Below, piece by piece: positions 37,118-46,943 of a stretch of 64,000 bases of DNA; the stretch's first letter is position 1, and every line of letters starts with the position of its first letter. Made by a program: the position numbers and the translations under genes. The DNA lies in the NCBI GenBank assembly GCA_949291675.1, contig CASEWR010000009.1, positions 35,310 through 99,309 on the forward strand. Direction: 5' to 3'. Below the pieces are notes generated by a model that had not been told where the DNA came from, did no database searches, and was given only the letters and a program-made list of their open reading frames with translations. This DNA is from an uncultured Desulfovibrio sp. (GTDB lineage: Bacteria > Desulfobacterota > Desulfovibrionia > Desulfovibrionales > Desulfovibrionaceae).

Positions 37118-38464
37118 ATGGCCTATCTTGAATGGTCCAGGGCCTGCACGGCCCGTGTGCGTGAAAGCCATGTCAAAGCCCTTGGCGCCAGAGCACAGGA
37201 ACTTGCAAAGCGCCTTGCCAGGGACCTGGATGCCGGCGAGCTCCCCTTCCTGCGCATGGGCTATGTGGAAACCCTGAAGCGCGATATGCCTGCCATTGTC
37301 GAAAAGACACGGGCATACAAGCACATGCTTGTGCTTGGCATCGGCGGCTCTGCCCTCGGGACCCGCGCCATGCAGAAAGCCTTTGCCAGAGAGGTGGACA
37401 TGCCCGGCCACGGCGGCCATGAGGGCAGGCAGATCTGGATTGCCGACAATGTCTGCCCAGCCACGCTTGGTGACTGGTTCAGACTGCTTGATCCGGCAAA
37501 AACCGTGGTGGTGACCATTTCCAAGTCCGGCGGCACCATTGAGACCATCTCCCAGTACTTCCTGGCCAGAGAATGGCTGCAGAAGGCCCTGGGCGAATCC
37601 TGGAAGGATCACATGATTGTGATCACGGACGAGAACAAGGGCTTTTTGCGTGAAGAGGCAAGGACGTATGGTCTGGACTCCCTGGAAGTGCCGGACAATC
37701 TCGGCGGCCGCTATTCCGCACTGTCTGCTGTGGGCCTTCTGCCTGCTGCCTTCCTTGGCATAGACTGGGAAGCACTGCTTGACGGTGCCGCATCCCTGGC
37801 AAAGCCCCTGGTGGACAACCCCGCCTCCCTGGCAGACCACCCGTCCATGGCCCTGGCAGCCTGGGCAAAGGCCCTGGAAGAGTACGGCTACACAGACCTT
37901 ATTTTCTTCTGCTACGAGCCCCTCTTTGCCACCTACGGCCCCTGGTTTGCCCAGCTGTGGGCAGAGAGCCTGGGCAAGGAAGGCCTGGGCACCATGCCTG
38001 TGCCTGCCACAGGTGTCACGGACCAGCATTCCGTGAACCAGATGTTTCTGGACGGCATCCGCAACAAGGCCTGCCTCTTTGTGACCAGTGCCAGTCATGC
38101 AGACGGCCCCACCTTCCCCGCAACCCTGCCTGAAGGCTGGCAGTTCCTGGCCGGCAAGCCCTTCTCCTGCCTGCTTGAGGCCGAGGCCCTGGGCACCCGC
38201 ATGGCCCTTTCCATGCACGATGTGCCCCTGGTGCAGATCTGCCTTGATGATGCCTCGGAGCGCTCCGGCGGCAAGCTCATGATGCTGCTGGAAATCGCCA
38301 CTGTGCTCACAGGCTGGCTCATGGGCATCAATCCTCTGGACCAGCCTGCGGTGGAGCTTGGCAAGCGTCTTGCCAATGCCCGCCTCGGCAAGCCCGGCTA
38401 TGCCGAGGAAGAGGCCTGCCTTGCAGCCTATCTGCAGACAGCAGAGAACAGACAGGCCTTTTAA
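37118..38464 (+). CDS. pgi: glucose-6-phosphate isomerase
   Basis: It has LGIGGSALG, ISKSGGTIET and DQHS motifs and is 448 aa long. Confidence 0.9.
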   Translation: MAYLEWSRACTARVRESHVKALGARAQELAKRLARDLDAGELPFLRMGYVETLKRDMPAIVEKTRAYKHMLVLGIGGSALGTRAMQKAFAREVDMPGHGGHEGRQIWIADNVCPATLGDWFRLLDPAKTVVVTISKSGGTIETISQYFLAREWLQKALGESWKDHMIVITDENKGFLREEARTYGLDSLEVPDNLGGRYSALSAVGLLPAAFLGIDWEALLDGAASLAKPLVDNPASLADHPSMALAAWAKALEEYGYTDLIFFCYEPLFATYGPWFAQLWAESLGKEGLGTMPVPATGVTDQHSVNQMFLDGIRNKACLFVTSASHADGPTFPATLPEGWQFLAGKPFSCLLEAEALGTRMALSMHDVPLVQICLDDASERSGGKLMMLLEIATVLTGWLMGINPLDQPAVELGKRLANARLGKPGYAEEEACLAAYLQTAENRQAF

Positions 38465-38535
38465 GACCCGGGAACCAGGGGCCGCGCACAGCAGGGCCCG
38501 CAGCAGGACCCGCAGCAGGACGTTGAGGAGGCACT

Positions 38536-40089
38536 ATGCCCACAGGCAAGGCATCAGACGAACAGACAGGGACAAACGGCAAGGCCTCCCAGGCAAGGCC
38601 GCGCTCCCGCTGGCAGTTCGGCGGCGGACATGGCGACGACAAGGAGATCTCCTTAAGCTATGCCCGCACCCTGTCCTGGCTGTCGCTGCTGGTCGTGCTG
38701 CTGGTCAGTCTGGGTCTCTCCTTCTTCATTTCCAATCAGGCCAGACAGACGCTCATGGAGCGCCAGGAGGGCTTTGCCCTCCTGCTGGCCCAGAATCTGA
38801 ACAACCAGATCTTCCAGCGCTTTGCCGTGCCCACCATCCTGGCCTACGGGCACATCGCACTGCGCCAGGAAGAACAGCATGATCGCCTGGACGGGGTGGT
38901 GCGCTCGGTCATCGAGGGCCTGCCCGTGTCCAGGCTGCGCGTCTATGATTTCAACCGCGTGGTGGCCTATTCCACGGATGCTGCGGAAATAGGCCGCAAG
39001 GGCCTGGCGCCCCTGGACATTGGCGGTGCCTTCCAGGGCGAGCTCTTGAAGCCCGAAACCCTCACGGACATCGAGATCTGGCAGGTGCCCCTGCAGTGGC
39101 CCCTGCAGCCAGATACCGTGCGCCTGCGCGTGCTCTATCCTCTGCGCGGCGATGCCTACAGCACAGGCAGGACACCTGTGCTCGGCGTGCTTGAGCTCAC
39201 TCAGGACATTACTGCGGACTATGCACAGGTCCTGCTCTTTCAGGCAGCCATTGTGATCATGTGCCTTTTGTCCTCCATCATCATCTTCATCCTGCTGATT
39301 ATCATCATCCACAGGGCAGAGCGCGTGCTCAGTCTGCGCATGCAGAAGAACATGCAGCTGGAAAAGGAATTGCAGAGCACGGAGCGTCTGGTGAGCATGG
39401 GACGCGTGGTGGCCAGTATTGCCCATGAAATTCGCAATCCCCTGGGCATTATCCGCTCTACGGCAGAGCTTTTGCAGCGCAGGGCCAGCATCAGGTCCGA
39501 CAAGGCAACCAGCATGCTCATGCAGGCTATCTACGATGAGTCCCTGCGTCTTTCCCAGACAGTGAACGACTTTCTCGATTATGCGCGCCCGCGCCAGCCC
39601 AAGCAGGACCCTGTGGACCTGGAGCTGGTGCTGCACCAGATCCTGGCCTTTGTGGAAGGGGACTTTGCCAGGGACAATATCGTGGTGACCACACAGATCG
39701 AAGGGCCGGTGTGGGTGCTTGGTGACAAGGATCTGCTCTACCGCGCATTCTACAATATCCTGGTCAATGGCCGTCAGGCCATGAAGCATGACGGGACCCT
39801 TGCCATTCACACCTTTGTGCGCGAAACATGGGCAGTGGTGGAAGTCACTGACTCTGGTCCGGGCTTTGATCCGGACATGATCGACAAGTTCTTCGAGCCC
39901 TTCTTCACCACCAAGGATGCAGGCACAGGCCTTGGTCTGCCCATTGTGCGCTCCATCATTGAGTCCCATGGCGGCAGCGTGCACCTCTCCAATGCCGAAG
40001 GCGGCGGAGCCAGAGTGGAAGTGCTGCTGCCCCTGGTGTCCATGGATACCCTGGACGCTGCGGGAAGCACAAAGCAGCTGTCAGCCTGA
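38536..40089 (+). CDS. sensor histidine kinase
   Basis: It has two TM segments, the H-box HEIRNPL, and N/G boxes (NILVNGRQAM, DSGPGF, GTGLGL). GAGGAGG lies upstream. Confidence 0.85.
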   Translation: MPTGKASDEQTGTNGKASQARPRSRWQFGGGHGDDKEISLSYARTLSWLSLLVVLLVSLGLSFFISNQARQTLMERQEGFALLLAQNLNNQIFQRFAVPTILAYGHIALRQEEQHDRLDGVVRSVIEGLPVSRLRVYDFNRVVAYSTDAAEIGRKGLAPLDIGGAFQGELLKPETLTDIEIWQVPLQWPLQPDTVRLRVLYPLRGDAYSTGRTPVLGVLELTQDITADYAQVLLFQAAIVIMCLLSSIIIFILLIIIIHRAERVLSLRMQKNMQLEKELQSTERLVSMGRVVASIAHEIRNPLGIIRSTAELLQRRASIRSDKATSMLMQAIYDESLRLSQTVNDFLDYARPRQPKQDPVDLELVLHQILAFVEGDFARDNIVVTTQIEGPVWVLGDKDLLYRAFYNILVNGRQAMKHDGTLAIHTFVRETWAVVEVTDSGPGFDPDMIDKFFEPFFTTKDAGTGLGLPIVRSIIESHGGSVHLSNAEGGGARVEVLLPLVSMDTLDAAGSTKQLSA

Positions 40090-40190
40090 CACTGTGTCTG
40101 AGCTGTAGCGCGCAAACTGCCTCTGTCATCGCGCAACACGCTGTTCAAGTCCCTGTTCTGACTACTGTATCACAAAAACAGGATGCAAGG

Positions 40191-40226
40191 ATATGTCAGT
40201 ATCTGTCTATGCAGATACAGACATAT
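40191..40226. promoter_or_regulatory. AT-rich 15-6-15 inverted repeat
   Basis: ATATGTCAGTATCTG-TCTATG-CAGATACAGACATAT, with 14/15 positions complementary. Confidence 0.45.
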
Positions 40227-40390
40227 AGTTGCCTGCGGGGAGCAGCGGCCGGGCAGAGCAGCATTGCGTCGCATGTGCCGCGAATCGCGCAACGGCCAGC
40301 TCAACATCGCGCAACGCGCCCCCGGCTGCTACGATTGTCCCCGGCAGTCCAGTCTCAAGGTCTTTCATTTCACTCCATATGAGGTCCAAG

Positions 40391-41776
40391 ATGTCCGAAA
40401 ATGCCCATATTCTCGTCATAGACGATGAAAAGAACTACCTCCTGGTGCTGCAGGCCCTGCTTGAAGATGCCGGCTATACAGTCACGGCCATCAACGACCC
40501 GGTGACAGCACTGACCTTTCTGCAGGAAAGTGAAGTGGACGTGGTGGTGACGGACATGAAGATGCCTCAGATTACTGGCAGTGAGGTGCTCATGCAGGTC
40601 AAAAAGCAGCTGCCGCATGTTCCTGTGCTGATCATGACAGCCTTCGGCAGCATTGAGAATGCTGTGGAGACCATGAAGTACGGCGCTTTTGACTATATCA
40701 CCAAGCCCTTCTCCAATGATGAGCTTTTGCTTTCCATTCACAATGCCGTGGAGCTTGCCAATGCCCATCGTCAGTACAGACTGCTGCAGGAAGCCATGCA
40801 GGAGCGCTTTGGTGTGCACACCCTGATTGGCAGGAGCAAAAACATTGTCAGTGTGCGCCAGAAGATTGAGCGCACAGCCCCTGGCAGGACCACGGTGCTC
40901 ATTACCGGCGAGACCGGCACAGGCAAGGAGATGGCAGCCCGTGCCATCCATCTGGCCAGCCCCCGCAAGGACAAGCCCTTTGTGGCTGTGGACTGCACCT
41001 CACTCTCCCCGGAGGCGCTGGAAAAGGAGCTCTTTGGCAGCGAGACCCCGTCGTCTGTGGAAGGCAGCCCTGCCATTCAGCGCGGACGCATTGAGCAGGC
41101 AGAGGGCGGCACGCTCTTTCTGGATGAGCTGGCAGCCCTGTCGCCGGATCTGCAGGTGAAGCTCTTGCGTGTGCTGCAGGACAGAAGTCTGCAGCGTGTG
41201 GGCGGCACACAGCCCATCAGGGTGGACGTGCGCTTCTGCATGGCAACCACCTGCGATCTGCAGAAAAAAGTTGAGGAAGGGGCCTTTCGCGAGGACCTCT
41301 ACTATCGCGTCAATGTGGTGCAGCTGCACATGTCCCCGCTGCGCGAGCGCAGGGAGGACATCCCCTTACTGATAGCCCACTTTGTGGACAAGATCCGTCA
41401 GGACAACAACATGACCGAGGCCAGGAGCTTTTCCACCAGGGCGCTGCACTATCTCACAGGCTATGACTGGCCTGGCAACATCAGGCAGCTGGAAAACATT
41501 GTGGAAAACTGCCTTGTGCTTGTGCCCGGGCAGGTCATTGATGAGGAAGGCCTGCCTGCAGAGATTCGCGGTGAGGAGTCGCAGTTCAAGAGTGCCGTGG
41601 ACCTGCTGCCTGTGCAGCTGGACCTTGTGGATACCCTCAACAAGATTGAGGCTGCCATCATCCGCAGGGCCCTTGTGCGTGCGGACCTTGTCCAGGTGAA
41701 GGCTGCCGAGCTTTTGAACATCTCCAAGAGCCTTTTGCAGTACAAGCTCAAGAAATACGGCATCACCGGCCATTAG
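40391..41776 (+). CDS. sigma-54-dependent response regulator (NtrC family: REC + AAA+ + Fis HTH)
   Basis: It has a REC domain (ILVIDDE, DVVVTDMKMP), GETGTGKE, WPGNIRQLEN, and a C-terminal HTH (AAELLNISKSLLQYKLKKYG). Confidence 0.9.
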   Translation: MSENAHILVIDDEKNYLLVLQALLEDAGYTVTAINDPVTALTFLQESEVDVVVTDMKMPQITGSEVLMQVKKQLPHVPVLIMTAFGSIENAVETMKYGAFDYITKPFSNDELLLSIHNAVELANAHRQYRLLQEAMQERFGVHTLIGRSKNIVSVRQKIERTAPGRTTVLITGETGTGKEMAARAIHLASPRKDKPFVAVDCTSLSPEALEKELFGSETPSSVEGSPAIQRGRIEQAEGGTLFLDELAALSPDLQVKLLRVLQDRSLQRVGGTQPIRVDVRFCMATTCDLQKKVEEGAFREDLYYRVNVVQLHMSPLRERREDIPLLIAHFVDKIRQDNNMTEARSFSTRALHYLTGYDWPGNIRQLENIVENCLVLVPGQVIDEEGLPAEIRGEESQFKSAVDLLPVQLDLVDTLNKIEAAIIRRALVRADLVQVKAAELLNISKSLLQYKLKKYGITGH

Positions 41777-41809
41777 GCCGTCCCTTCCCGCAGTCTCACA
41801 GCTTCTTCC

Positions 41810-43879
41810 ATGGAAAGGCCAGCTCCGCAGAGCATACCCGACTGCCCTGGAGTCTATCTCTACCGGGACAAGGCAGGCGAGGTCATCTATGTCGGCAAGG
41901 CACGCATCCTGCGCAGGCGCGTGCTCTCCTATTTTCGCAACGACATTCCGCCCAAGACTGTGGCCATGCTTGCCCATGCCTGCACACTTGAGTACCTAAC
42001 CACAACCACGGACAAGGAAGCCTTTCTTCTTGAGGCCAGCCTGATCAAGAAGTACAGGCCGCACTACAACATTCTGCTGCGCGACGACAAGCAGTATGCC
42101 CTCTTTCGTCTGGATGTGAAGGCAGACTATCCCCGTCTGGAGATAGTGCGCCATGCCAGGCGCGATCAGGCCCGCTACTTCGGCCCCTTCACCTCTGCCC
42201 TGGCAGCCAGGCAGACCTGGAAGCTGCTCCACCAGGCCTTTCCGCTGCGCAGGTGCACGGACAGGGCCATGCGCAACAGGGTGCGCCCCTGTCTCTACCA
42301 TCACATGGGCCAGTGTCTGGCCCCCTGCATGGGCACGGTGAGCAGGGAGGACTATCACAGCCATGTGACCCATATCTGTCAGGTGCTCTCAGGCAAGGCC
42401 GATGACTTTCTGGCAGAGCTGAAGGAGCGCATGTTCAGGGCTTCCGAGGAGCTGGAGTTCGAGCAGGCTGCCATGTATCGCGATCAGATCCAGGCAGTGG
42501 AGCGCACGGTGGAGCAGCAGGCAGTGGTCCTGCCCAGGGGCGGCGACATGGACGTCATTGGCCTGTATGCCGCTGACGAAGGCCTGGCGCTGGGCATTCT
42601 CTTTGTGCGCTCCGGTGCTGTCATGGATGCGCGCTCCTTCTTCTGGCAGGGCCTGGACTTTGATGATGCCGCAGAACTGCTCACAAGCTTTGTGGGCCAG
42701 TTCTATCTCGATGCCATGCCGCCCGGGCGCATTCTCCTGCCCTGGATTCCCGAAGAGAAGGAAGAGCCTGAGGCTGAAGACGACGCAGCACTGCAGCGCG
42801 AGGCAGCAGAGAAGGCAGCTTGTAAGTCAGAAGGGAAGGCCGAACGCAGGCCGGAGGGCAGGGAAGAGGGCCGGACAGAGGACCGGGCAGCTGCACCTGC
42901 TTCTGATCAGGCTCCTGAGCCTGCACCCGGGGAGAGCGCAGCCGCTGCCACTTGCGCTGCGCCAGGCAGGGCACAAGCTGCACGGGGCTCTTTCACTGTG
43001 CGGGAGGTGCTTGAGCAGACACTAGCCGAGCGCAGGGGCGCAGCTGTCCGGCTGGTGGCACCGCAGAACGCTGCGGACAACAGGCTGGTGGACATAGCCC
43101 AGAGCAATGCCAGGGAAGAGTGTCTGCGCAGAAAGCGCGCTGCCGAGAACAGTCCCCTGAACGGCATAGCCAGGCTGCTGCATCTTGCCAAAGCTCCTTC
43201 CCGCATCGAATGCGTGGACGTCTCCCACACCCAGGGCAGACAGACCAGGGTGGGCATGGTGGTCTATACAGATGGTCAGGCAGACAGACCTGCCTGGCGC
43301 ACCTATACCATGCCGGACAGCAATGACGATTATCAGACCCTGCATGCCTGGATAGCCAGGCGTCTGGAGAGCGGTCCGCCCTGGCCGGATCTCTTACTGG
43401 TGGACGGCGGCAGGGGACAGATTGCCGCTGTCATGCGTGCCCTCACAGAGGCAGGGCAGGCCACCCTCTTTGCTGTGGCAGGCATAGCCAAGGCCAGGGA
43501 TGAGGAGGGCCATGCAGACCGTCGTGCCGGTAATGTGGCTGACCGCATCTTCCTCCCAGGGCGCAGCAACCCGCTGCCCTTCAGGGAAGGCAGCCCGGAG
43601 CTGCTCTTTTTGCAGAGCGTGCGCGACAGTACCCATCACTTTGCCATAACCAGCCACAGAAAGGCCCGCTCCCGCGAAGCCCTGTCCAGCGAGCTCATGC
43701 GCCTGCCTGGCATTGGCACTGCCACGGCCCGCATGCTCTGGGACCACTATGGCTCTCTTTCGGCCATGGCCAGGGCAAGTGAGGCCGAGCTTGCCACCTT
43801 ACCTGGCATAGGCAGGGCCAGGGCAAAAAAGATTGCTGCCTGCCTGGCAGATCTGGCAGGGGAGGGCAGCAAGAGCTGA
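41810..43879 (+). CDS. uvrC: excinuclease ABC subunit C
   Basis: It has a GIY-YIG N-terminus (GVYLYRDKAGEVIYVGKA), a UVR domain, and a C-terminal (HhH)2. The product is 689 aa and includes an acidic insert. Confidence 0.9.
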   Translation: MERPAPQSIPDCPGVYLYRDKAGEVIYVGKARILRRRVLSYFRNDIPPKTVAMLAHACTLEYLTTTTDKEAFLLEASLIKKYRPHYNILLRDDKQYALFRLDVKADYPRLEIVRHARRDQARYFGPFTSALAARQTWKLLHQAFPLRRCTDRAMRNRVRPCLYHHMGQCLAPCMGTVSREDYHSHVTHICQVLSGKADDFLAELKERMFRASEELEFEQAAMYRDQIQAVERTVEQQAVVLPRGGDMDVIGLYAADEGLALGILFVRSGAVMDARSFFWQGLDFDDAAELLTSFVGQFYLDAMPPGRILLPWIPEEKEEPEAEDDAALQREAAEKAACKSEGKAERRPEGREEGRTEDRAAAPASDQAPEPAPGESAAAATCAAPGRAQAARGSFTVREVLEQTLAERRGAAVRLVAPQNAADNRLVDIAQSNAREECLRRKRAAENSPLNGIARLLHLAKAPSRIECVDVSHTQGRQTRVGMVVYTDGQADRPAWRTYTMPDSNDDYQTLHAWIARRLESGPPWPDLLLVDGGRGQIAAVMRALTEAGQATLFAVAGIAKARDEEGHADRRAGNVADRIFLPGRSNPLPFREGSPELLFLQSVRDSTHHFAITSHRKARSREALSSELMRLPGIGTATARMLWDHYGSLSAMARASEAELATLPGIGRARAKKIAACLADLAGEGSKS

Positions 43880-44274
43880 CAGGTCAGGCTGGCAGCAGGG
43901 GCTGCCAGTACGGGCTGCCAGCAGGTGTGCGGCGTTTTGGGGACGGCAGCAGGCCGTGTGCAGACTGCTCCACTGGCCCGGGGGCAGGGATGTCCCGCCT
44001 GCAGGCAGTGTTGTGGCTGTGTTGCAGCTGCCCGTCTGGCCGGGCGGAGGTTGTCATGGGATGTCATGGGATGTCCCGGGCCTGTTCCTGAGCTGCAGTG
44101 CGGCAGCATGCGGCTTTTTCAATTGACAGCGTGGGACGGCAAGGATAGAGGCTTGCCCAGCAAATTTTGTCTGATTCTTGTCTGACCCCTGTCTGCTCAG
44201 AGCAGTGCAAGTGCAACCTGTGCCGGACAGGCCGTTTTTCCCTGGTCCTTTGTCTTTTGTCTGTACCTGTACCC

Positions 44275-45231
44275 ATGCCCTCTTCACACCTGTCGTCCGC
44301 TCCTGTGTGGCGCAATTCCTTTCTTGTTGTCTTGTGCACCCTGTTCTGGGAATGCCTTGTGCTTTCCCAGGCCGCATCCCTGACTGCGGCGCCTCTGCTC
44401 AATCCGGAAAAATATCTCTGGCTGCAGCAGAATGATCAGGGCCATGGTGAGCCAGGTACTCCCGGTCTGTCAGGCCTGCCCGGCATGCCGGATCCGGCCT
44501 CTCCCCTTGCCGCAGGCAGCACGGGTACGCATGCTGAGCCTGCAGCCGCACAAGGCATGCCTGCACCAGCCCTGCAGGGCGGCGCAGGGACCAGCCCCCT
44601 GCGTCTGGCCAGCCTTGAGCGCACAGGGCGCAGGGACAAGCCGGACATCATTGTCCAGTATCCCGTGCTCGGCAGAGCGGACATAGACCGCGACATTGCG
44701 GCCTGGGCCGAGCGCATAGCCCTGACCTTTGAAAACGACTTCTCCCAGCCTGGCTCAGCCTTTGTCAGCGGCCCGCAGGAGGAGTACAATGTGGCCTGGC
44801 TCAATGCCACCTGCAAGGTGTACAGAGCCTCTGCCGTGTGCCTGAGCATTGTCTTTGACGTGTGGATGCACACAGGCTCCAGCTACTTAAGTCAGGACCT
44901 TCTGACACTCAATTACAATCTTCTGAGCGGCCAGCGCCTGCATCTTGTGGACATTTTTGAAAATGTGGACACAGCCTTGCGCATTCTCGCAAAAGAATCG
45001 CGCAAGGTGCTCATGCAGGGCGCAGGAATGCTCATGAGCCAGGACATTGAAAAGGGAACCTTCCCACTGCCGGAAAACTTTTCCAGCATAGCTCTGACCC
45101 CCACAGGGCTGCTGATCTGTTTCCAGCCCTATCAGGTCTCACGCATGCCTGATGCCAGGGAAGTGGAGGTTTCGCTGGATGCACTCATGCCTGCAGGGCC
45201 TCTGCTTGCCCTGTGGGGCAGGGCATCCTGA
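44275..45231 (+). CDS. secreted or anchored protein, possibly DUF3298/DUF4163-like
   Basis: It has a hydrophobic N-terminus, a Pro/Gly/Ala-rich spacer, then a globular C-terminal domain (VQYPVLG...IAAWAE). The start is uncertain; the ORF is open from 44167. Confidence 0.45.
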   Translation: MPSSHLSSAPVWRNSFLVVLCTLFWECLVLSQAASLTAAPLLNPEKYLWLQQNDQGHGEPGTPGLSGLPGMPDPASPLAAGSTGTHAEPAAAQGMPAPALQGGAGTSPLRLASLERTGRRDKPDIIVQYPVLGRADIDRDIAAWAERIALTFENDFSQPGSAFVSGPQEEYNVAWLNATCKVYRASAVCLSIVFDVWMHTGSSYLSQDLLTLNYNLLSGQRLHLVDIFENVDTALRILAKESRKVLMQGAGMLMSQDIEKGTFPLPENFSSIALTPTGLLICFQPYQVSRMPDAREVEVSLDALMPAGPLLALWGRAS

Positions 45232-45408
45232 ACCAGCCGATACCAGTTGCATTCGACCCGGAGCACAGGGCAGACGCGTGTGGCGCGCCCTGGCATGCTG
45301 CGGCACGCCGCACCGGGGATGCTGACAAGGCCTCTGGCAGTGCCGGACTGCAGGCATAACAGGGCATTTGCCAGCCTATCAAGGAGGGGCGCAGGCAGGG
45401 TGCACGCA

Positions 45409-46452
45409 ATGAACGCGGGCACCGTATGCGCAGCATACGCTATGGAGACATTGACACAAAAGGCAGTGGATCTGCTGCAGGGAAAGGGCAGGCTGCTCTT
45501 TCTGACCAGGTTTGGCTCGGATCTCTACGGAACCAGGGTCGAGGGCATTTCGGACACGGACGTGCGCGGCATCTATCTGCCCATGGAAGCACCGGCAAGC
45601 CTGGAAGAGGCCTGCATGCAGCGGGCTGTGCACAGCTCAACCTCCAGCACTGACAAGAAGAACGAGAGCACGGACGAGGACATGGATCTCTTCCCCCTGG
45701 AGCGCTGGCTGTGTCAGCTGCTGCCCCTGGGCAATACCGGTGCGCTGGATCTGCTCTTTGCCCACAGCAATGCCTCGTGCACCCTCTACTGCCACAAGGG
45801 CATGGAGTCTGTGTTTGCCAGAGCACTGAGCTTTTTGAATCTCTCCAATGGCACAGGCTGCATGGCCTACTGCCAGGGCCAGGGCAAGACCTATGGCATG
45901 GCAGGCACGCGTCTTGGCGTGCTCTGGCGCGCGCTTGGCCTGCTTGAGGCAAAGTCCGGCCGCCTGCGCCTTGAGGAGGTCTCGGAAGAGATTGTGCAGA
46001 CCATTGCCACCCCGCAGTACTGCAAGCTTGCCGAGGACAAGGGCCTTGTGCTGGCGGAACAGTGGCACATGGGCCGCACCAGGATTGAGGAAGTCCTGCC
46101 CCGTCTGCAAAAGACGCTGCAGCCGCATATGGAGCGCATTCTCGAGGCCCGCGAGAACAAAGGCATTGACTGGAAGGCCATGTCCCATGCCGTGCGCGCC
46201 ATCCGTCAGCAGGAGGAACTGCTTGCCACAGGCACGCTGCACTATCCCCTGGCCTGCCGCGAGGAGCTGCTGCGCATCAAGCTTGGCCAGTGCACCTTTG
46301 CCGAAGTCGAAGCGCTGATAAGCCGTGGTCTGGCTTCTCTGGAAGAAGAGCGCAAACACTCTGCCTATGTGCGTGAGCCTGACTTTGATGCCATCTTTGC
46401 CAGAACAAAGGCCATTCGCAGGCTGTGTTCCGTCAACAGCAACCAGCAGTAG
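45409..46452 (+). CDS. predicted nucleotidyltransferase (pol-beta superfamily, PF10127-like by motif recall)
   Basis: FGSDLYGTRVEGISDTDVRGIY matches the GS-x-YG...SD-x-D NTase motif. The start is uncertain (45400, 45409 or 45442). Confidence 0.55.
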   Translation: MNAGTVCAAYAMETLTQKAVDLLQGKGRLLFLTRFGSDLYGTRVEGISDTDVRGIYLPMEAPASLEEACMQRAVHSSTSSTDKKNESTDEDMDLFPLERWLCQLLPLGNTGALDLLFAHSNASCTLYCHKGMESVFARALSFLNLSNGTGCMAYCQGQGKTYGMAGTRLGVLWRALGLLEAKSGRLRLEEVSEEIVQTIATPQYCKLAEDKGLVLAEQWHMGRTRIEEVLPRLQKTLQPHMERILEARENKGIDWKAMSHAVRAIRQQEELLATGTLHYPLACREELLRIKLGQCTFAEVEALISRGLASLEEERKHSAYVREPDFDAIFARTKAIRRLCSVNSNQQ

Positions 46453-46943
46453 CGCAAAAGAATGCCTGACTGCAGGTCTCAGGACAGATCTGTGCGCAGA
46501 ATTGCGGGCAGCATCTGCCTGACAGGCAGAAACGGCGTTGCCAGACAGTCGTTCAGGGGCAGGAAACACAGTCCTGCCCTTGTCAGATGTACGGCCTTTT
46601 TCTACACTGCAGGACGCTTTGGAGCCGCTCGTACAGCGCTTGTACAGCTCTCGTACAGTTCTTGCAAAGCGCGTTCACAAGTCTGGCAAACGCTCATCAG
46701 GCGTTCATCAGGCGTTCAGTGGCGCATTTCATACGCCTTTCAGGCGCACCTGGGGCGCAGTGCCAGCACCGCCTCCATGCTCCCATGCTGCATCCTGCAT
46801 GGCAGCACAGGACCACACCCTCTTTGCCCATTCCCTGCAGTGCACGCAGTGTGCGTGTTCCTCTCCAGCTCCCCTTTCACCCCGCTTTTTGCGCCCTCCT
46901 GCGTGCGCTCATGCCAGTGCCCCAGGAACAAGGCAGGATCCTC

